The notes under the pieces: model-generated
What the model was told of the DNA's origin: nothing
Databases searched by the model: none
Seen by the model: only the letters and a program-made list of their open reading frames with translations
Translations under genes and position numbers: made by a program
Assembly: GCA_017853115.1 (NCBI GenBank)
Contig: JAFMKE010000002.1
Location: 1-48,751, forward strand
From: Verrucomicrobiota bacterium
Lineage (GTDB): Bacteria; Bacteroidota; Bacteroidia; Chitinophagales; UBA8649
Direction: 5' to 3'
DNA length: 48,751 nt
Shown: positions 8,710 to 19,028 of the stretch, one piece after another
Numbering within the stretch: position 1 is the first letter of the stretch
How the letters are laid out: each line of letters starts with the position of its first letter

Positions 8710-11700
8710 AAATTCGCTAGACTAAAACGAAGCGTAATACCTGCTCGTGTCGTAGTGGTCGGGAATGATGCCGTTGTTTTTGGTATCGTTTTGTTTCGAT
8801 CTACAAAGATTCGAATATTCAATTGCTTATTAATCACATAATCAATAGATGGTGAAACAGTAATCACGGTAGATCCGCTCGTTGGGCGAGATACGCCTTG
8901 ATCGAGTTGATGATTGACAATAACATTATCTCGATACGAGAAATCAAATCGCATGTTTAGGTCGTTATGTAAAATAACCTTCTTGCCCTTCGCCTTAAAT
9001 GGCAACTTCAATCCTTTCACTCGATATCCCACACCAGCGGTAATTGTGGATGAGTTGTTTTCCAGCATTTGGAAATCAGTGAAGTTCATGGTTACTGTTC
9101 TGGACTTTTTGTAATCAATTCTTGCCTGTACACCATTCTTGAAGGTCATATCAAAACCGATTAAAGGGTTGAGCTGTTCATTTATCACAATATTAGGCAC
9201 GTTATACAAGGTATAAAAATTGCCATTCAGGCTATCAATAGTCGATGGTTCACTTAACTCACCATTTCCTGTATAATCATAATTCGTTTGGAAACTTCCC
9301 ACTTGAATCGTTGAGTTATACCCATGACGAATACTGAAATTTGAAAATATTTTTTGGGCCCATTTAAATCGTGTAATTCCGTTATACGACAACTGCCAAT
9401 TCGGCTTAGGAGCCGTCTTGAATGGATTGAGATTAACTCGCCGAGCATCCTTCCCTTGGTAGGCAGCTAAAAACGCTGGAATCAACACATCCTGTGACGT
9501 TGGTCCATATCCTTCGGCAAATCCCGGATACTGATTAATGGAATCGCTCGGATTTTCATATACACCCGTACTGTTTGGATTTTCATCTGCCAAACGTTGA
9601 GATATTATCTGGCGATTTGCGGTAAAGGCGGAATAGGTTTCATTTAACCAGTTATCATCATATTTCTTAAACATCGTCTTCCAAGTAATCGCCGAAACCG
9701 AATATGTACCAAAATCCTGCGGTAAAATATGCTCGAATGGCTCATTCTCGCCCAAACGCTTAAAGAACTGCGAATGATTCACGGTATTTGTCTTAGTCAA
9801 ATTCAAATCAATCTGCAAGTCCCTAAATGGTTCGAGCGTAGCCCGAATATCCAAGTTTTGAGAATATACCTGCGTAAATTTCTGATTTTGCAATGAATCG
9901 TTAGAAATATATCCATCAGCGGCCATCTTGTCCAGCCATGCATCACGTTCGGAGGCATCATAATTTTTAAACCACTGGAAACCTGGCTGACCACCAAACA
10001 CAAATCCATAGCCTGGAGAACTTTGACTTTGGCGATCGGTTCCAAAGAAATCTGTATCTGGCATATATCCCGGCAAGGTTGTTGATCGATTCTCCGTGTA
10101 AGCCACAGAAACTCGTTTAAGCGCAACTAAGGGTTGCATACCCAGGTTTTCTATAAATTTAGCTGGTGCTTGTTTCGAACGTTTATCTTTCTTGCGTTTT
10201 TTAATTTGCTTCTTGAAGGCTTTAATTTTCACCTTAGACTCTTTCTTCGCTGCTGCCTTTTCTTCATCGGTAAGATCCTCATTTTCATCTATCTCCGCCT
10301 TTTTTTCCTTTTCCTTCGCTTTTTTCTCCTTTAAAGTTTCTATGTCACTAACTATCTTCTCCCGCGCTTTACTTATGGATTCGCGTTTCTTTTGTGTCGC
10401 CTCTTTATTTCCAGCGGTAGGATTATTGCCTGTAAACTTCTTCAGATAAGGCACCTTACTATAGAGTTTATCCATGTTCCAATCCGTATTCAATCGAATC
10501 TGCTGGTTGTTACCCATCGTATTCCCCAAAGGGTTTTGAATGTAGTTTCCCTCAGCATCTGCTCTAAGTGGAGCAGCAATCCAATTATAGCCCGAACCGT
10601 AGCGAACAGTTGTATTCGTAAAATCCAGTAAAGGCAATTTATTTAGCGGTAGCGTGTAGTTTACATTCAAGCTTTGGTTAAACAAGGTTGTTCTTCCTCC
10701 TTGCGAGATATTACTCCAAATTTCTTGCTTTTCTTCATCAGTATCTATTCGCCCAAAAGGTTCATCAATACGGGCAGCATTATTCGCGGAGTAATCTATA
10801 CTTAAGGATTTAAACGGGTTGTACCTGAAGTTGTAATTTCTATCCCAGGTAAAAAACTTGTTAAACGTAGTAGGCAATATAAAATCATCCCCATTCAAAG
10901 CACGCAAATTGAGCTCGCCATACTGTCTATTCATTTGTGTGTTAAAGGCAATAGTAGAAGGGAGAAAGTTAAAATTAATTTCCTTCAAAATCATGTTGTA
11001 CTTACTCTTCCCTTTCAATACCTTTTTGAATGGATACAAATACTTGGGTTGCAAGCTGTGTGCATAATCTAAACGAGCCATATGCGTGCGTTCGAGATCA
11101 CTTTCCACAAAGGGATCACTTCGTTCAATTACATTATAGGAATAACTCAATCCAATATTTTCTGGGCTAAAGAAGAAAAGTCGTTTTTGATTTTCGCCAG
11201 GCAACTTACGGACATTAGTAAAATTAAATCCTTTACGCGTTACGATAGTTTGAATGGACCGCTTATAGGTATTTGCCGAATCTTGAGAGAAAGTCTCAAT
11301 GGCTTTTATCTGATCCTTCGATGTGATATCTAATTGATATGGATCGTATTCAGGCGTACTAAATGTTTGGGAGATACCACCATAGAAAGGCAACATAATA
11401 TTTGCCTTAGCTGGCAAGAACTTACCAAGTTGAAGATTGGTGCTGAAGTCATATTGATAATAGGTATCTTGGAAACGCTCATCAACCTGCATATCCACCT
11501 GACCAAATCCAATACCATGCATGTTTGTACTCAAATTGACGTTGCCTAAATCGGCCAGTTTGATAGACATGCTGGCCAAAGCGGCAGAAGCGGGACGTTC
11601 ATCAAATCCAGACAATCGAAATTCATTAAACCAAAGCTCAGCACATTGAGCGCTGCCATTATCATCGATCAACGGATTATTCGGGTCATTCTGTGCTGGA

Positions 11701-14700
11701 TTTCGAACACCTAGCATCGTAATTTGTATTGCACCTAAATCAGGAACACCTTTTATGGTAACTAACTTACCGCTTGACGTAGTAGCAGTGAATGGTACGG
11801 TGAGCGGCCAGCCTTGTGCATTACGTTCTTTTTTGGCTTCAATCAAGTCTTGTAAGGAAACTTCAAAACGGTTGGCATCTGGCCATACAAGCGCCCTGTC
11901 GCCATCATTATCACCATAGACTCCATCCGGTGTAAATACCAGTGGCGTTTCAACCTGGTAGTAGTTATCCCTAAAATCAATACCTAAGCGAATAAATGCG
12001 GTGAGCGCTCCATCTTGTGGTATGGTTTCCCCTGGGAATCTATTCGCATGGACATCCATAACGAGTTTATCATAGTTTCTGAAATCCAAGTTGACATTTT
12101 TGAAAACAGCGCGGGAATCACCATCCTTCAAGCCACAAACATTTAAAGCTATGGACTGCTCATTTTGCGCTACCAACTGATTGGCATTATTTGCTACACC
12201 CTGCTCTCGCAAAATACCTGGAGGCAGGATATAGTTTACAGGTTCCTTTCCACTGTTTTCCTCTATATTTACTTGTGTAACATTAAAGAAAGTAGCGTCT
12301 TCATCGATAGGTAAATTATCAGTTGCATCCGTTAGCTCATATTGGTATGTTCTCCACTGATTTCGAATCAACTCTAATGTTCCAAATCGAATATTCACAC
12401 TGTCCTGCCACCCAGTAAGGAACATACGCATATATTGAATGGATCTAAAATCCTGAATATTTCCAATTTTAGCATCGTAGTCGTAAATCGGGATTCTAAA
12501 CTGATACCAGTTAAATTCGGGTTGCTGTTCATCAAAATAGTTGTCAGCAGGAACCGTATTCGAAGAAACAATAAAAGGGTGATTATCGACATTCATTCCT
12601 GGAAACAAATCCACGATATACTGGAAGTATTGTTCATTTTCATTCAAGGAATTATCTCGATTCAAATCCTCCTGATCCGGCGTATTTGAACCCGCGAGGA
12701 AAGTATTTCCATCTAGGATAGGTGAGTTTCCATTGGGATGATTAAACTGACGGTATCGGCTGATAATATCCGATAGACCATCGTATTGCGGATCAAAATA
12801 GTGAGAGAAATTGTCTGTTGACGGGTCAGATTCAAGAATGGCTTTGGCAGCAGGGTCCACCTGAACATTATTCAGGAAATCTGCAAACTGCAGGCTTTCT
12901 CCTGCATCATCCAAACCATCGAAACCCACATCTTGTATTGCTCTTAAATTTTGGTCGTTATCAAAAGTATTGATGATGGGTTGAGCCTTAGGAATGATAC
13001 CCCATGCCGTACTGTCAATCAATGAAGGATCATCACTGAGTCCGTGCTCATATTGCATTCTAGAATCTTTCAAGATATCCTCGCTGATGTTTCCCAAGTT
13101 GATAAACAACTGACCTCCAGAACTATTATCGTTGTAGATGAATGGATCCATCATCCAAAACTCAAGGTATTCGATATTGGCAATTTCGAAATTGTTATTG
13201 TCAATACCACGCATCATACCACCCCAGCGTGTTTCAGGAGCAATCAAGCGACCATCTGTTCTTACCCCTCTACTGAACGCCGAGCCACTGTTTTCAAACT
13301 CATAATTGTAAGGCCCTCGTTGCTCAGGATAATATGCCAAATCCAAAGTGAAGATTTGCTGTTGAATGGCTACATCTTTATTTGGAAAAAGTTCTTGCTG
13401 GAAAATAGGACGCACATAATGGTTACTTAGCACTTGTTTATTATCAAAAACCTCTTCGGGTCCGCTACCTCGTTGGAAGAAGGAGGGATCTACGTTGTAC
13501 CAAGAAAGTCTAGCACGGTTATATCCGTATTCCAATTGATTGCTTAAATCGGCTTCTGGAAACATAATATTGCCTGCCCTATCTCTCGCATCTTCCGGTG
13601 TAGATGACAATCGCCAGGTCTGTGGACTACCCTTCAAGTCATAGGCACTACTCGAACCTTCAAAATCATCAATGTAAACCACAGGTTCATTACCTTGCTC
13701 CACAAATCGGTTGTGGCCCGGACGGATATGAGCAACCTCACCCTGGAATGAGATATTCGACATTTCATTTGTACTGTAGATCGGTAGCTTATCTAAAACT
13801 TTAGTAAGGAAAGGTAAGTCAGTGTTCATTCTAAAATCCAATCCCATGATGGTGTTGTTGATTGGGTCGTTACCCAAATTCACCTTTTGAGAGAATGGAC
13901 GTTCTTTCATTTTCATAATCGTACCACCGATAAATACATTTTCATTTATTCGGTAATCGAGTCGAGAGGCCATAAGCGAGCGCTGCTGGAAGCCAAACAA
14001 GGCATTATTTTCATAATCCACCTTTATTTGTTGACCAGAAGAGAGCAAGCTTTCATTAATAATGGTAACCACCCCAAGATTGTAATCCACATTGTAATCC
14101 TGCCCTTCGGTTAGCATTATTCCGCCCAAAGAGACGGTTACAGAACCTTCAGGCAATTGAAAAGCACCCAATTGAATTCTATTTCCCCCACTACCCTGAT
14201 AGCGGCCTTTGATTACAAACCTGTTTTTTTCAGGAAACTGTTGGGCAAGAAAAAGGGTAGAATCATATAGTTCCGAGAAGACATAATTATCCACCAATTC
14301 AGGATTTCCCGCATCGATTAATTTTTGCTCTAGGTGATCACCAAAAGGTTCGACAACAGGAAAGATAAGTCGACCATTCTGCGGAACAATAGTAAGATTA
14401 GGCACGAAGTCGAACAAGCCATCGGGCTGCGGATCACCTTGGTTATTTAATCGATCTAAATTAAGTACACGAATCAACTGCTCTTCGCTCAAATTTCCTT
14501 TAGGAATGAATCTTTTTTGCCCCCCTCCCGGATCCAGGTAAAAGATATCTAAGCGAAAATCATTCGGACTAATCTGATAAGCACCTAAAGAATAGATGTT
14601 TTTCATCATCAAATCCCAGGTAGGTAAATCCGGACGAATCGCGGAGCTTCTAAGCATTTTAACAAAGAGCGTTTTTGTAACAGAAGAAGAATCTGGCGGA

Positions 14701-16100
14701 ACATTTCTTGAAAGTTCTCCCACTTGATACACCTGGCCATTGTAGGTGTATTTAAATGCTACCCCCAAGACTTGGTTGGGTTGCAAGGCAGTCTGAAGAG
14801 AAATATACCCCAATTCCCTGTTCAATATATACTCCGATGGAGAGAGTAATCGAGCAAATGTTTTCTCATAATCTTGAATAGCTTCAAAATTAAAATTCGG
14901 GCCATTCAGCGCGCCCACCACATTGTTACTTAATCGCAAATTAGGATCTTGAGTCAATCGAGTATATAAATCATTTACCCGATTATCTGGAAAATTCTCT
15001 CCAGCCAAAGGATTTACACCTGGATTAAAGGGATCTTTTTCTCCAAGATCCAAAAAGGCAACAACATCTCGGACGTTATTCGTTTGCCCCGTTCGGTTTG
15101 TAACCCAAACCTCAATTTCTTCAATATTATAAAGAGAAACAATATTCGGAAGATTAGCCAAGGATTGATCGTAGCTTTCCTTAAAAAACTGTGTAAGAAA
15201 GAAGTGCTTATCTGCCTCGTACTGATCGGCTTTAATTTCGAAAGTTTGTGTTTGGGCACCATCCTCCAAAATCACCGACTGCTTTTGTGATTGTTGCTCA
15301 GCCACTACATTGGTCATAGTCAACTTACCAAAACGCATTTGCGTTTTAATACCTCGCAGACTTTGCGCCCCGGTAATTAACTGCGTTTGGAGCGGAAAGC
15401 TAACGTTACCCGCTTCAACCAATTGGATGATGTCATCTTCATCGCCAGCATATTGTAACTTGAACTGGTTGTCAAAAGAGAAACCTGTTTGATTGTTGTA
15501 TTTAAGGGTAAGTGCTAAAGCGTCGCCAATCTTACCCGTCACGTTCATATTGATATTCATGTCGAAATCAAATCCACCTTGTGTTCGGGCGCGCTGAGGC
15601 AAATTCGGATTGTCGTATTTCTGTACATTACCTCCAAGGGTAACCTCAACATTTCCCTGTGGACGAATATCAATTGTTAGACCTCTAAAGATTCCACCTG
15701 CTTTTTTCGGGTTAAACTCAGGGTCGAAAGGCAATTTTACATTCTTGTCTTTCAGCTGCTGCTCCGTACTCGAGCGTGATTTCCAGTATTTTTCATTTTC
15801 CTCGCGCAAGGTAAACTCCAAATACTCATCAAAAGTCATATACGTGGGTGGCTTGATGTTTACCCCGTTTAAGGTTTCCGTAATGATATAACGATCAGTT
15901 TCCGCGTCATACTCAATATTCTGCTCAATAACATCTGGATCGTCAAAATCAAAAGGATTATTACTCGGATCAGTTAAAAAATCGCCTTCACGATCGTATA
16001 ATGGATACGGCAAATCTATACTCGTTGAATCCTGTGCCTTTATCACAGAAACCAAAAGAATAAAAATTAGGGATAAATATTTTGGGTTAAGCACTCTCAC
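8706..16100 (-). CDS. sprA: T9SS translocon / gliding motility protein SprA
   Basis: 2464-aa ORF with a signal peptide (…VSVIKAQ) and beta-rich composition throughout, ending in an aromatic residue (…RFSLANF). Its size and its context with gldD/gldE and T9SS cargo match SprA (Sov). GTG start 6 nt after the ruvA stop. Confidence 0.9.
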   Translation of the reverse strand: MRVLNPKYLSLIFILLVSVIKAQDSTSIDLPYPLYDREGDFLTDPSNNPFDFDDPDVIEQNIEYDAETDRYIITETLNGVNIKPPTYMTFDEYLEFTLREENEKYWKSRSSTEQQLKDKNVKLPFDPEFNPKKAGGIFRGLTIDIRPQGNVEVTLGGNVQKYDNPNLPQRARTQGGFDFDMNINMNVTGKIGDALALTLKYNNQTGFSFDNQFKLQYAGDEDDIIQLVEAGNVSFPLQTQLITGAQSLRGIKTQMRFGKLTMTNVVAEQQSQKQSVILEDGAQTQTFEIKADQYEADKHFFLTQFFKESYDQSLANLPNIVSLYNIEEIEVWVTNRTGQTNNVRDVVAFLDLGEKDPFNPGVNPLAGENFPDNRVNDLYTRLTQDPNLRLSNNVVGALNGPNFNFEAIQDYEKTFARLLSPSEYILNRELGYISLQTALQPNQVLGVAFKYTYNGQVYQVGELSRNVPPDSSSVTKTLFVKMLRSSAIRPDLPTWDLMMKNIYSLGAYQISPNDFRLDIFYLDPGGGQKRFIPKGNLSEEQLIRVLNLDRLNNQGDPQPDGLFDFVPNLTIVPQNGRLIFPVVEPFGDHLEQKLIDAGNPELVDNYVFSELYDSTLFLAQQFPEKNRFVIKGRYQGSGGNRIQLGAFQLPEGSVTVSLGGIMLTEGQDYNVDYNLGVVTIINESLLSSGQQIKVDYENNALFGFQQRSLMASRLDYRINENVFIGGTIMKMKERPFSQKVNLGNDPINNTIMGLDFRMNTDLPFLTKVLDKLPIYSTNEMSNISFQGEVAHIRPGHNRFVEQGNEPVVYIDDFEGSSSAYDLKGSPQTWRLSSTPEDARDRAGNIMFPEADLSNQLEYGYNRARLSWYNVDPSFFQRGSGPEEVFDNKQVLSNHYVRPIFQQELFPNKDVAIQQQIFTLDLAYYPEQRGPYNYEFENSGSAFSRGVRTDGRLIAPETRWGGMMRGIDNNNFEIANIEYLEFWMMDPFIYNDNSSGGQLFINLGNISEDILKDSRMQYEHGLSDDPSLIDSTAWGIIPKAQPIINTFDNDQNLRAIQDVGFDGLDDAGESLQFADFLNNVQVDPAAKAILESDPSTDNFSHYFDPQYDGLSDIISRYRQFNHPNGNSPILDGNTFLAGSNTPDQEDLNRDNSLNENEQYFQYIVDLFPGMNVDNHPFIVSSNTVPADNYFDEQQPEFNWYQFRIPIYDYDAKIGNIQDFRSIQYMRMFLTGWQDSVNIRFGTLELIRNQWRTYQYELTDATDNLPIDEDATFFNVTQVNIEENSGKEPVNYILPPGILREQGVANNANQLVAQNEQSIALNVCGLKDGDSRAVFKNVNLDFRNYDKLVMDVHANRFPGETIPQDGALTAFIRLGIDFRDNYYQVETPLVFTPDGVYGDNDGDRALVWPDANRFEVSLQDLIEAKKERNAQGWPLTVPFTATTSSGKLVTIKGVPDLGAIQITMLGVRNPAQNDPNNPLIDDNGSAQCAELWFNEFRLSGFDERPASAALASMSIKLADLGNVNLSTNMHGIGFGQVDMQVDERFQDTYYQYDFSTNLQLGKFLPAKANIMLPFYGGISQTFSTPEYDPYQLDITSKDQIKAIETFSQDSANTYKRSIQTIVTRKGFNFTNVRKLPGENQKRLFFFSPENIGLSYSYNVIERSDPFVESDLERTHMARLDYAHSLQPKYLYPFKKVLKGKSKYNMILKEINFNFLPSTIAFNTQMNRQYGELNLRALNGDDFILPTTFNKFFTWDRNYNFRYNPFKSLSIDYSANNAARIDEPFGRIDTDEEKQEIWSNISQGGRTTLFNQSLNVNYTLPLNKLPLLDFTNTTVRYGSGYNWIAAPLRADAEGNYIQNPLGNTMGNNQQIRLNTDWNMDKLYSKVPYLKKFTGNNPTAGNKEATQKKRESISKAREKIVSDIETLKEKKAKEKEKKAEIDENEDLTDEEKAAAKKESKVKIKAFKKQIKKRKKDKRSKQAPAKFIENLGMQPLVALKRVSVAYTENRSTTLPGYMPDTDFFGTDRQSQSSPGYGFVFGGQPGFQWFKNYDASERDAWLDKMAADGYISNDSLQNQKFTQVYSQNLDIRATLEPFRDLQIDLNLTKTNTVNHSQFFKRLGENEPFEHILPQDFGTYSVSAITWKTMFKKYDDNWLNETYSAFTANRQIISQRLADENPNSTGVYENPSDSINQYPGFAEGYGPTSQDVLIPAFLAAYQGKDARRVNLNPFKTAPKPNWQLSYNGITRFKWAQKIFSNFSIRHGYNSTIQVGSFQTNYDYTGNGELSEPSTIDSLNGNFYTLYNVPNIVINEQLNPLIGFDMTFKNGVQARIDYKKSRTVTMNFTDFQMLENNSSTITAGVGYRVKGLKLPFKAKGKKVILHNDLNMRFDFSYRDNVIVNHQLDQGVSRPTSGSTVITVSPSIDYVINKQLNIRIFVDRNKTIPKTTASFPTTTTRAGITLRFSLANF

Positions 16101-16106
16101 AAAAAA

Positions 16107-16706
16107 TCAAAGTTGTTTTAAACTTTGCTTAATCAATTGTTCTACGGTTGAAATAGATGAATCGGATGACAAAACCTTGTTTATTACTTTCACACATGTA
16201 TTTTTATTAAAGCCCAAGGAAACTAAAGCAGTTAGTGCTTCATCCCGAAGGGTATTGTCCATAACGCCTATTTGTTCCTCAAATTGTGGCAGTTTGTCCA
16301 ATTTATCTTTTAACTCTAAGATTATTCGCTCCGCTGATTTTGGACCGATACCTTTCACGCTTTTGATTAACCCAACATCCTTGTTTAAAATCGCCTGAAC
16401 AATCTCGGAGGTTTTATAGGTCGATAGCATCATTATAGCCGTTGCCGAACCTACACCAGAAACCGACAAAAGCTTATCGAATAAATCCCTTTCTGTTTCC
16501 TCGTAAAAACCGTAAAGAACAAAAGCCGACACATTTTGGTTTTCATTTTTAACAACCATCCGAGTAAACAGCACACACTCTTTAGCATCCTTGATTTTTT
16601 CAAATGTCTGTAAGCTCACAAAAACCTGATATCCAATGCCTTGCGTTTCTACAAATACAAATGTTGGTGTCTTATGTGCTAATTTCCCTTTAAGGTATGC
16701 TATCAT
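16107..16706 (-). CDS. ruvA: Holliday junction branch migration complex subunit RuvA
   Basis: 'MIAYLKGKL…GIGYQV', HhH motifs ('LLSVSGVGSATA', 'VKGIGPKSAERI') and a C-terminal domain III. Confidence 0.93.
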   Translation of the reverse strand: MIAYLKGKLAHKTPTFVFVETQGIGYQVFVSLQTFEKIKDAKECVLFTRMVVKNENQNVSAFVLYGFYEETERDLFDKLLSVSGVGSATAIMMLSTYKTSEIVQAILNKDVGLIKSVKGIGPKSAERIILELKDKLDKLPQFEEQIGVMDNTLRDEALTALVSLGFNKNTCVKVINKVLSSDSSISTVEQLIKQSLKQL

Positions 16707-16843
16707 ATTCTAATGAAATAAGCAGCGAAAATAGCAATTTCACCCAAGTTGAACGACTAAATAAGCGGATTAATGATGAATGATACGGAATACCCTGATG
16801 GTCTTATACACTTGATTTCAAGCCATTAAAGATTAAGTTGATT

Positions 16844-16863
16844 CGAAATTATGCGTAATTTCG
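16844..16863 (+). promoter_or_regulatory. perfect 8-bp inverted repeat (CGAAATTA-tgcg-TAATTTCG) 6 nt upstream of the scpA ATG
   Basis: Read directly from the sequence. Could be an operator or an mRNA hairpin over the translation-initiation region. Confidence 0.35.
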
Positions 16864-16869
16864 CAAGCG

Positions 16870-17640
16870 ATGTCTTCAGCACAAAGCAATAAATCGTCGA
16901 TGCAAGACGACATATACAAAATCAAGTTACCTCAATTTGAAGGACCATTTGATTTATTGCTCTTCTTCATTGAAAGAGATGAATTAGATATCTATGATAT
17001 TCCTATAGCGCAAATAACAGATGAGTTTTTAAGGTACACACATCAGCTAGATGAACTAAATATTGAGGTCGCCAGTGAATTTATATTGGTAGCTGCTACC
17101 CTCATGCGGATAAAAGCAAAGACCTTGCTCCCGCGTAAAGAATTAGATGAAGAAGGTAATGAAATTGACCCAAGAGAAGAGCTTGTTCAGCGCTTAATCG
17201 AGTATAAAAAATTTAAAGAAGTAACTGATGCCCTTCGTGAATTAGAAGCCGATCGCTTATTAAAAAACAAGCGAGGAAATACGCAGACAGAAGTTCGCAA
17301 AATTGCAGAGTTATATTCCACTGAAGCCGAGTTAGAAAATCTCGAACTATACCAGCTAATGAAAGCCTTTAAACGAGTAATGGCAAAAATGGAAGAAAGG
17401 GAAAACCGCCCTGTGCATACGGTAGTAAAGTATCACTTTACCATTAAAGACCAGAAATCTTACCTTCTTACATCGGTACAGAAAAAAGACAAAGTAGCTT
17501 TTGAGGATATATTTATTCAGCTAGATAACCGCGTGCATGCCGTTTTTACCTTTTTAGCTATGCTTGAACTTATTCAAGAAAATTTCCTACAAATTAAAAT
17601 GGGTATAGGTATGAATAACTTTTGGCTGACAAAGGTTTAG
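16870..17640 (+). CDS. scpA: segregation and condensation protein A
   Basis: 'FEGPFDLLLFFIERDELDIYDIPIAQITDEFL' is the canonical ScpA N-terminal motif. Length is about 250 aa. Confidence 0.9.
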   Translation: MSSAQSNKSSMQDDIYKIKLPQFEGPFDLLLFFIERDELDIYDIPIAQITDEFLRYTHQLDELNIEVASEFILVAATLMRIKAKTLLPRKELDEEGNEIDPREELVQRLIEYKKFKEVTDALRELEADRLLKNKRGNTQTEVRKIAELYSTEAELENLELYQLMKAFKRVMAKMEERENRPVHTVVKYHFTIKDQKSYLLTSVQKKDKVAFEDIFIQLDNRVHAVFTFLAMLELIQENFLQIKMGIGMNNFWLTKV

Positions 17641-17659
17641 TTATTTGTCCAATAAGCAA

Positions 17660-18412
17660 TTACTCCTTGAAAGTAATATAAGAATTTGCTTGGGCAGTGC
17701 AGGTCATCACCAAATCATTCACATTTACATGTTTTGGCAAACTCGCCAGGTAATAGATTGCATCCGCTACATCTTCCGCATACAATGGTGTAAAACCTTG
17801 ATATACCGCATCCGCTTTCGCTTGATCGCCACCAAAACGAACTTTCGAAAACTCGGTATCTACCATTCCCGGGGAAACACTGCTAACTTTAATATTAAAG
17901 GGTAATAAATCGATGCGCATCCCTTTAGTGATGGCATCGACTGCATGCTTGCTTGCGCAATACACATGACCACCAGGATAAACTTCCTTAGCCGCTGTAC
18001 TACTCAAGTTAATGACATGGCCTGCCTTTCTTTCTTTCATGCCATTCACCACCCATTTTGCCACGTAAAGTAAGCCTTTCACATTGGTGTCTAACATCAC
18101 TTCGAAATCTTCCAAATTCGCATCTTGAAACCCTTCTTTTCCAAGAGCTAATCCCGCATTATTTACCAAGACATCAATTCGATTCCAGGCATTGTCCAAA
18201 CTATCCAGAGCCACCTGAACCTCTTCTTTATTTTGGATATCAAAACTCAGTGTAACTACACCGATAGCATAATTATTCTCGAGTTCCTTTTTTAGTTCTT
18301 CCAAACGTTCTTTCCTTCGTCCTGTAAGAATTAAATTATAATTTTTAGCGGCAAATTTCTTCGCACAAGCCATGCCTATGCCTGCAGTCGCTCCAGTAAT
18401 TAATGCTATCAT
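17660..18412 (-). CDS. SDR family NAD(P)-dependent oxidoreductase (YdfG-like)
   Basis: 'ITGATAGIG' Rossmann motif, 'NNAG', catalytic 'YCASKHAV' (YxxxK). I place the start at ATG 18412 (MIALITGA…). The track start at 18460 would overlap the gldD 3' end by 23 nt. Confidence 0.85.
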   Translation of the reverse strand: MIALITGATAGIGMACAKKFAAKNYNLILTGRRKERLEELKKELENNYAIGVVTLSFDIQNKEEVQVALDSLDNAWNRIDVLVNNAGLALGKEGFQDANLEDFEVMLDTNVKGLLYVAKWVVNGMKERKAGHVINLSSTAAKEVYPGGHVYCASKHAVDAITKGMRIDLLPFNIKVSSVSPGMVDTEFSKVRFGGDQAKADAVYQGFTPLYAEDVADAIYYLASLPKHVNVNDLVMTCTAQANSYITFKE

Positions 18413-18437
18413 CGTGTTTTTGAATTTCGTTAAAAAC

Positions 18438-19028
18438 TTATTTCCAGTTGAAGGTTTCAAACAGATGCATCACATCCTTTTTGACAAAATCCAAGGCGGG
18501 CTTTATACTATCCTGATTGGGATGGCTGGCAAAATAAACGGCACCGCGCAGGTAATGCTTCTCATAATCAGTTAAATAAAACTGTAGGTTGTTTGCTGCA
18601 TCACCCCCTATATTACTCATCAAACCTTGAACTCCATTCGGATTATTGATTTCATACTCATCGATAAAATCAGCTTTCTTGGTGTGTGTGTATGCTAGTT
18701 CGTAAGAATCTTCCATCACCTTTTCCAAACTAATATCTCTACCTATCTCTTTGTACGAAAAATGAACTTTCGCATTCAAGTCTGGATAAATCATATCCAC
18801 CCAGCAATCGGATAACATCACTTCATCAAAGAAAAATGTATCCTGTTTAATCCAGGTGTAGTTAGGATATTCGAAAGTGTATGGGCAAGTAGTTTCGAAG
18901 CGGCTGTAATTGGTAAATTCCGGCAAACTGATTCTAGGATAAGCTACCGGCTTAGGCACATAGTTCTGTGTTCCTGAACATCCGACAAGGACAACTAGCA
19001 AGAAAACAAGCAAACTATTTCTAGCCAT
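18438..19028 (-). CDS. gldD: gliding motility lipoprotein GldD
   Basis: Lipoprotein signal 'LVVLVGCSG', 'PKPVAYPRISLPE…CPYTFEYPNY' region, ~195 aa, directly downstream of gldE. The mutY-ssb-gldE-gldD order is the one described for Flavobacterium johnsoniae. ATG at 19028 preferred over the TTG at 19037. Confidence 0.8.
   Translation of the reverse strand: MARNSLLVFLLVVLVGCSGTQNYVPKPVAYPRISLPEFTNYSRFETTCPYTFEYPNYTWIKQDTFFFDEVMLSDCWVDMIYPDLNAKVHFSYKEIGRDISLEKVMEDSYELAYTHTKKADFIDEYEINNPNGVQGLMSNIGGDAANNLQFYLTDYEKHYLRGAVYFASHPNQDSIKPALDFVKKDVMHLFETFNWK

Noticed and set aside
8914-15891. About 20 track ORFs of 60-128 aa on both strands inside the sprA coordinates (for example 8914..9114, 10134..10334, 10192..10449, 13044..13430, 15610..15891).
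   Set aside because: All lie within one uninterrupted 7.4-kb reading frame that has coherent SprA-like sequence. Their translations are low-complexity or Cys/Phe/Leu-rich shadow products with no motifs. I treat them as antisense or out-of-frame artefacts.
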